Below, piece after piece: positions 9,489-17,913 of a stretch of DNA of 64,000 nucleotides. The position numbers and the translations under genes are program-made. Origin of the DNA: Spirochaetia bacterium (GTDB lineage Bacteria > Spirochaetota > Spirochaetia > CADAEX01); assembly GCA_045606105.1 (NCBI GenBank), contig JAZURI010000009.1, forward strand, positions 157-64,156, given 5' to 3'. Numbering within the stretch: position 1 is the first letter of the stretch; each line of letters begins with the position of its first letter. Under the pieces are notes generated by a model, which ran no database searches, was not told where the DNA came from, and saw nothing but the letters and a program-made list of their open reading frames with translations.

Positions 9489-10127
9489 TTACCACATTAC
9501 ATTCCTTTTGTGTTGTAAAAGATCAATCGCTTCCATTAACTTTCCGTATGCAGGATGCTTGTCCGTTATTTTTTTACATAGCCCACGCATATTTAACAGC
9601 AAATAATCAAGTCTATGTGATTGATTTCCTAAGTCAACCTTGTCATAAAATTCCTTGATGCTATTGTCGCCATTTTTTGCTTGATTGATTCTTATATAGT
9701 AATTCTCATCTCTAATGAAAGCCTCGGTTATCTCTGTCTCATCGGGATGAATTTTGTGAAGATCTTCATCCGGAATTTCTAGCATACTTTTGGCTCTATT
9801 ACAACCATAACAAGACAAAACCAGATTTTCTATGTATCCTGCATTAGCTTTTTTCTTTCCAAAGCGATCAGCTTCTTTGGGGATTAAATGGTCGATTTCA
9901 AACATTTGCCACGGAATAATTTCGGTAGACACCCCGCAATAGGCACATTTACCATTATATGCTTCTACAAATTGTTGTTTAAAAGGTTTATCGTTCCTTG
10001 AGATATATGTATGCATATCTTTTGCCCTAGGATGTTTTTCGCACACTGAATCTTTTACATCGTTTTTCTTTTTTGCCAGATTTGTAAGTGTAGGACAATA
10101 TTTTGAATTTCTATAATCGTCAGCCAT
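9489..10127 (-). CDS. HNH endonuclease domain protein
   Basis: CAYCG...EIDHLIPK...NLVLSCYGCN is a zinc-finger HNH motif. 212 aa. Its start overlaps the stop of the upstream receiver-domain gene (AATGGCTGA). Confidence 0.8.
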   Translation of the reverse strand: MADDYRNSKYCPTLTNLAKKKNDVKDSVCEKHPRAKDMHTYISRNDKPFKQQFVEAYNGKCAYCGVSTEIIPWQMFEIDHLIPKEADRFGKKKANAGYIENLVLSCYGCNRAKSMLEIPDEDLHKIHPDETEITEAFIRDENYYIRINQAKNGDNSIKEFYDKVDLGNQSHRLDYLLLNMRGLCKKITDKHPAYGKLMEAIDLLQHKRNVMW

Positions 10128-10716
10128 TTAAACTCTCCTGTATTTCTTTGAAAGCTAAAATCAAACTGTCAATATCGTCTTTTGTAAGTTTATCGTATGT
10201 ATTTGTACCTTCTAGCGTTGCAATAACCTTATCCTTTAAAACGTCTTCCCACGTATCATTTTTCCTAACCAAATCAGCCAGTAGCCGATATTGTTTAATA
10301 TCAGCTACCGCTTCATTGATGATTTTAGGGAGTTTCGAAGAATAATACTCAGAAGCAGATCCAGCGAGAGATTTATCATATTTTGCTATTTTTCTGATTT
10401 CCGAATCTGTACCATTCTGTGTGATGACAATTACTTCGATGAAAGGAAGCAACTTTTTGAGTATCAGTTTAAACTCTTCGCCGGTAAATTTTACATCGGC
10501 GGCAGTGCGGTTTTCAAAAAGCCACGAGTCAATTAGAATAATATTTGCGTTGCTAACTCTTTGATCAGAAAGTAAACTTTCGTATCCGTCTTCAGGATTA
10601 AATATTATTTCCGAACAAAGAATTTCATAATTATCACTTTTAAATTCTTCATCCAAATATCTAGTTAAAGCCGTTTCAGGATTATCATCAATATATACTA
10701 AAGAATACTTCTCCAT
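10120..10716 (-). CDS. Stand-alone response-regulator receiver (REC) domain protein with a C-terminal helical extension
   Basis: SLVYIDDNPE gives the acidic pair; ANIILIDSWL the phospho-acceptor Asp; IEVIVITQNGT the Thr; a Lys follows downstream. No output domain is recognisable. Confidence 0.6.
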   Translation of the reverse strand: MEKYSLVYIDDNPETALTRYLDEEFKSDNYEILCSEIIFNPEDGYESLLSDQRVSNANIILIDSWLFENRTAADVKFTGEEFKLILKKLLPFIEVIVITQNGTDSEIRKIAKYDKSLAGSASEYYSSKLPKIINEAVADIKQYRLLADLVRKNDTWEDVLKDKVIATLEGTNTYDKLTKDDIDSLILAFKEIQESLNG

Positions 10717-12857
10717 TATTTTGATCCTCCAATGGTAAATTCGATATGAAAACCGTTATTACCATCTATTTTAGTAATTTCACCGCTAGACATTGTAACA
10801 GTATTATTTACTATCCACATGCCAAGACCGTGTCCTTTTTTGCGTGTAGTCTCATGAACTTCTAGTATCTTTTCGGGATTTTTTAAATACTTTTTATCCA
10901 ACCCTTTTCCACTATCAGCATAAGAGAACAACAGTACACTTCCAGAGAGGGTTACACCAATTGTTATATCCAAATGATTAAGGCTTTCATTTTGCTGTAT
11001 GCTGTTGAGGATTAGATTATCAAAAATCACTTGCAAATAATCTTCCGATATCATAAAGCAAAGATTATCATCCATATTGATTGTGATACTGATCCAAGCA
11101 TAGTCATTTTCCCAGTTCTTTTTAATTCGCTGAATAATATCATTAATGCTTTGCCAAGAAGGTTCAAATTGTTTCTTTTCTATTTCTGAAAGCATTGTAT
11201 TCATAAAAGCCAACAATTTCGAGCTTACTTGTTTATTTGTTTCTAAAAGATAAGGCACATTTTGATAAGACTTTTCGGTATACTCTGGTGAAGTTAGTTC
11301 ATCCCACATATCAAATTTCTTCAATGCGGCAACAATATTATCAATATTGTCAGCAACCGAATTTCTATCATTTCTCATTTCGTGTGCAATTGATGATGCT
11401 TTCAACCCAACGGTTGCTAACACATTTAGGATTCGAACATCATATTTGTATCTCGTTTCTACATCATCACGCTCACGTTGTGCTTCTGTATGCGCTTTTT
11501 GATACGCCTTGATTTCAGCCGCCAACAACATAGTTTCCTCTTTGGATAAATTAGCCACTGAACTGGGATTAGATACGATTTTTTCACTAACAGGTGCTTG
11601 CTTTTCTTCAACAGGGGCGTTCTTAACATTTATGTGACGAATAATATTTTGACGATATCTTTCAAAACCTTTTATGCCGGAAAGCACGATTTCAACAAAC
11701 AATTCATAAAAAATATTTTCGTCTAAGCCCTGTCTGTTTGAAAGATCCTGCAATACACCGTTACGCTGTTTATCAATTTCCACTTTGCCTGCCATTTGGT
11801 TTTCTCTTACACGCCAAGAACCCGTTGGGTGTGTTGCAGCAGCAGGAGATTTTCTGGAACGTTTTCCAAAACCAAGCCAGTCTTTTTTACCTTCGTAGGA
11901 AGATATACTAAAGGCATTTCGATAAAGAATAACACCCTTTAGCGCCTCACTTGGTAAAGTGTAATGTTTATATAAGAATTTTTCGACATCAGCTTTGGTA
12001 GGGCTAATTGTGAAAGAAAATTCCGCAGAAAAATCGCCTAGTTGTAGCAAATTGTTTTTGAGTTCATTTTCAGATAATTCCCATTGATCATTCGCTTTAA
12101 GTTCATCGAAAATATCAATTGTCTGAAAATAATACTTCAAATCAATGTCTTTACAATACTTTTCTGCTGCATCTAAAAACTCATCCGAAACAACCTCGGT
12201 AGTTAAAGTGTGCGTAGTGCTATCATATTTCAAGTTGATTTTTGCCAAACAATTAATGCCGGGAATCAGCTCCGTGATATATGATGTGATCTCCGTATTG
12301 ATATCTGGATGCGATACAATAATCCTCATAACATTATCGTTATAGGTTTTAGATAGGAACAAAACGAGATTTTCAATTTTCTTTTTATTCCACTTGATTC
12401 TAAGATTCTTTATAATAATTTTTGTGCCTTGTTCAGTGATAGTTTCATCAATAGCTACTGTAGAAGTATTCCAATCGGTTTCCCATACGACACCGGGGAA
12501 CCCATCTTTTTGGGAAAATACAGAAGTGGCTTCACCAAGTCTTGCTAAAGCAAAACGTCCAACACCCTTGGAACCAGCCAAAACTCTAATTTGATTGTTT
12601 TCTAAAACGGTACTATATTTTTTTGGACTCTTGCCAACATGCATCCAGTTTGTCTTAATATCATTGATATTCATTCCTGTTCCATCATCGATTACTGTAA
12701 GAATGTCATTTTCGAAGATTAACTTTACAAAAGAGGCACTTGCGTCATATGCATTTTTCACCAGTTCAAGAATTGCGGATTCGTCAGTAGAAAAGTTTTG
12801 TTTACCCAATAATTCGGAAATGGTTTTATCCTCAATTACATATTGTAGTTTTTCCAT
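10716..12857 (-). CDS. Histidine kinase with an additional N-terminal GHKL (HATPase_c_3/MORC-MutL-like) ATPase domain
   Basis: N-terminal ELVKNAYDA, IDDGTGM and GSKGVGRFA boxes. Central ASSIAHEMRNDRNS H-box. C-terminal IFDNLILNSIQQN (N-box), YADSGKGLD (G1) and KKGHGLGMWIV (G2). Confidence 0.7.
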   Translation of the reverse strand: MEKLQYVIEDKTISELLGKQNFSTDESAILELVKNAYDASASFVKLIFENDILTVIDDGTGMNINDIKTNWMHVGKSPKKYSTVLENNQIRVLAGSKGVGRFALARLGEATSVFSQKDGFPGVVWETDWNTSTVAIDETITEQGTKIIIKNLRIKWNKKKIENLVLFLSKTYNDNVMRIIVSHPDINTEITSYITELIPGINCLAKINLKYDSTTHTLTTEVVSDEFLDAAEKYCKDIDLKYYFQTIDIFDELKANDQWELSENELKNNLLQLGDFSAEFSFTISPTKADVEKFLYKHYTLPSEALKGVILYRNAFSISSYEGKKDWLGFGKRSRKSPAAATHPTGSWRVRENQMAGKVEIDKQRNGVLQDLSNRQGLDENIFYELFVEIVLSGIKGFERYRQNIIRHINVKNAPVEEKQAPVSEKIVSNPSSVANLSKEETMLLAAEIKAYQKAHTEAQRERDDVETRYKYDVRILNVLATVGLKASSIAHEMRNDRNSVADNIDNIVAALKKFDMWDELTSPEYTEKSYQNVPYLLETNKQVSSKLLAFMNTMLSEIEKKQFEPSWQSINDIIQRIKKNWENDYAWISITINMDDNLCFMISEDYLQVIFDNLILNSIQQNESLNHLDITIGVTLSGSVLLFSYADSGKGLDKKYLKNPEKILEVHETTRKKGHGLGMWIVNNTVTMSSGEITKIDGNNGFHIEFTIGGSK

Positions 12858-12858
12858 T

Positions 12859-14286
12859 TCATTGCCCTCCTATAAAAAGATAGTTATTGATATCTTTACA
12901 AGTTACTCGTAATGATTTACCGCTAATGTTTATGCCTATATTTTGGACATACCGTAAAAATTGCTCGCTTTTAAGTATTTCAACAGCATCGTTTAGATTA
13001 TAAGCAGGGTTTTTCACGGTAATATATATTCCTGAAAAAGGAATCGTATTGGCATCCACTTCATAAACTTCGACTGTATTTGTGATTATTGTAGAAATAA
13101 GAAGTTTTTCCTTATTTAAGTGTGCCAAGGCTTGTGATCTGCCGTACTCAAACCAAGTTGCTTTTTCATCACTATTTCTTGCGTCAAGTTCTTTAGAGTA
13201 CTGTCTTAAATGTTTTGCCGTATTCGGAAAAAGCTCTTCGAAGGTTTCTTCGGAGTATCGGCACAGTCCCTTATCATCATAGAAATAAGGGAAAATTATT
13301 TTTTTCTTTTTCTTATATCTTAGAGTATTGGGACTCACTGCATCCCTCAAGATATTTTGTTCCAAGTTCTCTTCACCAATGCACGCATCATCCACTATAA
13401 ATGCCTTATTATAAAGGGTTGCGATAGTTATTGAGGCGTGAAAAATATCGCCAAACCTAAGCATTTTCTGAGTGTTGTTGTTAGGAATTGAAAACATCCA
13501 TTTGTCACCAAGAGAGTGACGACAAAGACTTCTTTTTGTGCCTTCAGTAACGTTTTCATAGTGTATGTTTTCATTTGAGTTTTCTTTGTCGTATAAAAAT
13601 ATGCTTACTGATGTCAAGGTTTTATCGAATAATTTTTGATCCGGATAATCTAGCACAGTAGCAATATGGTCTACAAGAAGTTCCCTTAATTTTTTCGCAA
13701 AAACATTCTTATAAATGTTATTGGGAATTAATTGAACAAGTTTTCCAGTTTCTTTCAGGTGTTTAATGCCCGATTCAATGAAAGCATAACAGTAGTCAAA
13801 TTTTCCGATTGCACACGACTCAAATTTCTTTTTAAGTGATATCCTACTGTCTTCGTCCATTTCTTTATAAGAAATGTAAGGAGGGTTACCAATAATATAA
13901 TCGAAAGAAATGTTAAGGTTTATAGACAATGCGTTATCATTGAAAAGCTTCCAGTCTACAGAAGGAATGTTATAGGATTCGAGTATGGCATTTAATTCTA
14001 AAATACAGTTATCGTAAAGAGTTTTATCCAATTCAATCCCATATACATCTTGAGCTAATCCTGCTGAAATAGATACTAAATCAACACCTGCTGCGATAGC
14101 GCTTTCTATATATCTAACAACAATTGCTTTTAGAATGTTACCTGAACCAAATGAGTTCTCTAATATAGTTTTTCCCATAAGGTCTGTGTTATAATTCACA
14201 AGATTCAACATTGTATCTACCAACGCTGAAGGTGTGAATTTTTGGCACTTGGTTTTATTTTTGCCGATTTCTAATATAGAACTCAT
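12859..14286 (-). CDS. N6-adenine DNA methyltransferase (type II, gamma-class)
   Basis: FTP...ENSFGSGNIL (SAM-binding motif I) and IIGNPPY (motif IV). 475 aa. Confidence 0.8.
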   Translation of the reverse strand: MSSILEIGKNKTKCQKFTPSALVDTMLNLVNYNTDLMGKTILENSFGSGNILKAIVVRYIESAIAAGVDLVSISAGLAQDVYGIELDKTLYDNCILELNAILESYNIPSVDWKLFNDNALSINLNISFDYIIGNPPYISYKEMDEDSRISLKKKFESCAIGKFDYCYAFIESGIKHLKETGKLVQLIPNNIYKNVFAKKLRELLVDHIATVLDYPDQKLFDKTLTSVSIFLYDKENSNENIHYENVTEGTKRSLCRHSLGDKWMFSIPNNNTQKMLRFGDIFHASITIATLYNKAFIVDDACIGEENLEQNILRDAVSPNTLRYKKKKKIIFPYFYDDKGLCRYSEETFEELFPNTAKHLRQYSKELDARNSDEKATWFEYGRSQALAHLNKEKLLISTIITNTVEVYEVDANTIPFSGIYITVKNPAYNLNDAVEILKSEQFLRYVQNIGINISGKSLRVTCKDINNYLFIGGQ

Positions 14287-14311
14287 TTTATCACCATTTA
14301 TTACTTAAAAT

Positions 14312-15319
14312 TTATTTCCACAGATCGTCCAAGTTTTTCGCCTTTGAAATTAGTTCATAAGATGAATATCTTGGCGCCTGCGGAGCTTGGCCTTTCTTCT
14401 TTCCAAGACCAATTTTATTGATTTCTACCGTTGTGTTTGGCTTGAAATAGAGAATGTATTTGTTAGTATCTTTATACTTATCAATGCGCTCAACTTCGGC
14501 TATATGAGTAATGCCTGAAACCGGTGCAACTTGATATGCGGCAATGTACTTGATTTTATCAAGCATTGCTCCGGAAATGCGAACGGCATACCAACGATTG
14601 TTCTTCAAGAACTCTTCGTTAAAACCATCTTCACGAGCGGGTACGACAATAGTATTCAACTCATCAGCATCCTCAACGACAGGAAGATCGGTGAGAACAG
14701 CATCGTTAAAAGGCGTAAACCTATGCAGCTTTTTATCCCCACATATGTATGTCTGTGCTTCAATAACGTCTGTTGCCATTGTAAGCTGCCCCAATACATT
14801 GTAGAGTTCTTCTGTCGCTTCGTCGATAATAATGATTGCTGAAGGTTTATTCTCAAAAATTACTTTATCCAGTAACTCGTTAATATTGTCGTATTTGGAT
14901 TGCTTGAAAAATTCTTTTAGCGTTGCTTTTTTAGCCGCATCTTTATTTATTGCTTCAAGTAATAGGTTCTTCATTTTATATTTATCTGTTTCTGAAGAAA
15001 TACCAAAACGAAGAATCTGTTCACCGATATGTCCGTAAACATCGTGGCTTTGAAGTTCTACTTCTACAAGATATAAACGAGGATCATTATGGAAAGTCAA
15101 ATCAAGATAATATCCGTCAGGTATGGCTGCACCTTTTTTAGGCTTGCCAATCAATTTCTTCATAGCAAAATAGATGCCATTTCCTCCAAATATGGCTTCG
15201 GAGTTATCAATAATCATAGATTCGAATTCCGACTCGCCGTCATATTTATACAGTGTGTATGTAGTACCGTTTTCATCTATAATCTTGTACATAGATATTT
15301 TCCCTTTACTATACATCAA
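14312..15319 (-). CDS. Hypothetical protein, possible cognate restriction endonuclease of the adjacent methyltransferase
   Basis: 335-aa AT-rich ORF 25 bp downstream of the methyltransferase on the same strand. No confident catalytic motif; contains IPDGYYLD...VEVELQ. Confidence 0.3.
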   Translation of the reverse strand: MMYSKGKISMYKIIDENGTTYTLYKYDGESEFESMIIDNSEAIFGGNGIYFAMKKLIGKPKKGAAIPDGYYLDLTFHNDPRLYLVEVELQSHDVYGHIGEQILRFGISSETDKYKMKNLLLEAINKDAAKKATLKEFFKQSKYDNINELLDKVIFENKPSAIIIIDEATEELYNVLGQLTMATDVIEAQTYICGDKKLHRFTPFNDAVLTDLPVVEDADELNTIVVPAREDGFNEEFLKNNRWYAVRISGAMLDKIKYIAAYQVAPVSGITHIAEVERIDKYKDTNKYILYFKPNTTVEINKIGLGKKKGQAPQAPRYSSYELISKAKNLDDLWK

Positions 15320-15367
15320 ACTAAAAGTTTTGACAAAAGTTTGATATTATTTACCTTAATGGCAGTT

Positions 15368-15526
15368 TTATATCAATATATTATGTTGCATCTCTCTGTG
15401 CATAGGTTTCACTTCAGTAAACTCCTGAAATTCGTTAAGTAACCCTTTGAAAATAGTTAATATTCCAACCAAGACAACTGTGCCACCACCAACTGCAGTA
15501 AGCAGATGTTCCAACCACTCAGGCAT
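15368..15526 (-). CDS. Possible 52-aa single-TM micro-protein
   Basis: GGTGGAG RBS then ATG. Translation is MPEWLEHLLTAVGGGTVVLVGILTIFKGLLNEFQEFTEVKPMHREMQHNILI. It is below the ORF-track length cut-off and sits within an operon context. Confidence 0.3.
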   Translation of the reverse strand: MPEWLEHLLTAVGGGTVVLVGILTIFKGLLNEFQEFTEVKPMHREMQHNILI

Positions 15527-15593
15527 AATCTCCACCTCATTTCAACCTTTCACATAGCGGCAGGATTTCTTCTAGTTTGGTAAAGAAATAAAC

Positions 15594-16514
15594 TTATACC
15601 AAATGTTTCGGGACATCTGATGCAGAACTCATAATTTTTTCTTTTTCTGCATTGCGAATTCTGTCCGCCATTTTCTGAATTTTACTTGTTATCCACATAT
15701 GAGCGGTAGTTCCTTCAGAATAGTCTGCTTCTGCATACATATCTACACGACCGTCTGCTCGCATTTGCTCCACTTGTTGCATGGCATCTTTGTCACCTTT
15801 GGGATATATTGCAAAAGTAGCTCCACCATTTTGCTTAACCACGGAAAAAGCAGGAATATCACTGGGACCGTCTGCAATATAAATCATATTTTTAAAATGA
15901 ACTCGTCTATATTCTTCAGGTATTTTAGAATTAACTTCGATTCCATCAAGTTTTTCGATGCCTTTATTGATTTCAAATAAAGCTCGAGTTTTTGTAGTGT
16001 TATCAATTGTATATAGAATCTCGCTTATAATTAGATTTCCATTTTCGTCTGGAGCGTCCAGCAACTCACACCCCCAGATGCCATCTACGTATGGCTTTAA
16101 AACAGAACCACGGATAATCTCAGCAAAACCAGTACTTACAATGTAATGTTCTACTTGAATTCCATATTCTGAGTAGCTTTTATCATCTTTGAACATATTT
16201 TTTGTTTGCTCAAAAATTTCAGGAATACCTTTATAGAATTTTTGTTTTGCCCCATACTCATGGAGTTTTTTATTATTCAAACCAGAAAGCGTCCCGTCAT
16301 GAGCACATTTTATAAAATGATTAAGATAGTATGTATCCTTATTTACACGAATTCCTTTTGCTTTATACTCGGATGGAATTAAATCAACTTGTTTCCAAAA
16401 ATCTCCGGATTTAATATTATATTCTTCAAAAATCGGGTCTTGCATATAACCATCAATTAGAGTTTTGTCACAATCCCAAATTACAGCAATAATGTTTGCC
16501 ATATTTTTCCTCAC
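15594..16514 (-). CDS. HAD-superfamily hydrolase-like protein
   Basis: IAVIWDCDKTL supplies motif I (DxDxT) and MIYIADGPSDIP is motif IV-like (DGxxD). 306 aa, embedded between hsdS and the type II pair. Confidence 0.55.
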   Translation of the reverse strand: MRKNMANIIAVIWDCDKTLIDGYMQDPIFEEYNIKSGDFWKQVDLIPSEYKAKGIRVNKDTYYLNHFIKCAHDGTLSGLNNKKLHEYGAKQKFYKGIPEIFEQTKNMFKDDKSYSEYGIQVEHYIVSTGFAEIIRGSVLKPYVDGIWGCELLDAPDENGNLIISEILYTIDNTTKTRALFEINKGIEKLDGIEVNSKIPEEYRRVHFKNMIYIADGPSDIPAFSVVKQNGGATFAIYPKGDKDAMQQVEQMRADGRVDMYAEADYSEGTTAHMWITSKIQKMADRIRNAEKEKIMSSASDVPKHLV

Positions 16515-16518
16515 TTTC

Positions 16519-17913
16519 TTATTTCAATTTTTCACACAGTGGCAAGATTTCTTCCAGTTTGGCAACGATACGATTTTGCTCTGAAACTGGCGGTACGGGA
16601 ACGACTGCTCTATAAAGGCGATCATCATTTATCGCAGGATAGGCTACGCCTTTAGCATTCTCCGTATCATTGGCGTAGTTATCAAAAGAGGGTGATAACA
16701 AGTAATAGAATAAGTATTTATTATTAACACCCTTAAAACAAGTCATTGCAGCAAAGCCCGTACTTGCAATTGGCTCCAAACTGAATTCACGGTCAATGAT
16801 ACACATATTGTGGAGATACGGTCTAACTGTAGAATAAAGAATATCGCCCATTTGAACAATTTTCCTTGCTCGGGAAGGCGCTTTGTTTGCCTCTGTAATA
16901 TTGTCCTCGGGGTTTAGCCTTTGTCGCTTATTATCAATAGAACCTATATCTATATAACAAAATGTCTTGTTCGGTATTTTCTGTCCACGATTGTATACAA
17001 GATCTTGTAACCTTGCCCAAATCCATGTTTCAGGGATATCAAAGGGAACTTCATCTTCGTCAATTGTAGGGTATGATTTTCCTTTTTTTACTTTGCCAGC
17101 TTTTATCATGGCTTGTCTTTTTGTCTGGATCTCCCAGAACAAATCTTCTCCATTACCTTCTTCTGGGAGTTGGGGAACCAGTTTACCCTGAATGGCCATT
17201 TGGAGAATGGATTTCTGCATATCCGCAGGGAACCGTTTGTTGAAGTCCTCCAGCTTGCTCCACGCCTGATCATAGCGGTCGATCAGTGGCAACAATTCCT
17301 CAATTTTTGCCACAATGCGCTTCTGCTCGGCAAGCGGAGCAACAGGAATGGAGATTTCCTTTAGTTTCTTTATACTTACACCACCGATAATTCCAGTCAT
17401 ATTCCCTGAAAATAGCTCTTTGAACAACCAGCTCTGCAGATAGTAATATAGGTACCTATTATCAATGCCCTGAGCGTGAAAACAGCAGAGCTTATTGCCA
17501 AAGCAGACATCCCTATCAAGTATTCCAATCTTACGTCCTGCACTTCCGCCTTCAATACACATCAATACAGCATCTTTATGCGCCACCTTAAATCCTTCGT
17601 TATATGGGATTCTGACGCCATTGTCATAACAGATTTCTTGATTAAAGGTTACATCTTTTGTGGCGATGTAATCATATCCTGTTTCCAGTCCAGCATATTT
17701 TGCTGATTTGACTGTTTCGGCAATGCTATTTCCGGTATACATTTCGCAACATAAGCCTAAAGTTGACCAAACCCAAGTTTCAGGAACATCAAACGGTATT
17801 TCCGACAATTCGATTGTCTTAACTCCTCCAAAATCTTTGGTTTCAACATGTTCACAAAGTTTACCAGTGAATGCGTTACCTAAAATGCTATATTTAAACT
17901 CCTGCGGTGTCAT
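16519..17913 (-). CDS. hsdS: Type I restriction-modification specificity subunit HsdS (two target-recognition domains)
   Basis: Duplicated conserved spacers LAEQKRIVAKIEELLPLIDRY and VSEQNRIVAKLEEILPLCEKL. The stop overlaps the hsdM start. Confidence 0.85.
   Translation of the reverse strand: MTPQEFKYSILGNAFTGKLCEHVETKDFGGVKTIELSEIPFDVPETWVWSTLGLCCEMYTGNSIAETVKSAKYAGLETGYDYIATKDVTFNQEICYDNGVRIPYNEGFKVAHKDAVLMCIEGGSAGRKIGILDRDVCFGNKLCCFHAQGIDNRYLYYYLQSWLFKELFSGNMTGIIGGVSIKKLKEISIPVAPLAEQKRIVAKIEELLPLIDRYDQAWSKLEDFNKRFPADMQKSILQMAIQGKLVPQLPEEGNGEDLFWEIQTKRQAMIKAGKVKKGKSYPTIDEDEVPFDIPETWIWARLQDLVYNRGQKIPNKTFCYIDIGSIDNKRQRLNPEDNITEANKAPSRARKIVQMGDILYSTVRPYLHNMCIIDREFSLEPIASTGFAAMTCFKGVNNKYLFYYLLSPSFDNYANDTENAKGVAYPAINDDRLYRAVVPVPPVSEQNRIVAKLEEILPLCEKLK

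Noticed and set aside
16519-17913. Phase-variable hsdS shuffling
   Set aside because: There is only one hsdS gene, with no inverted partial hsdS copy and no recombinase nearby. The internal duplication is the normal two-target-recognition-domain architecture.
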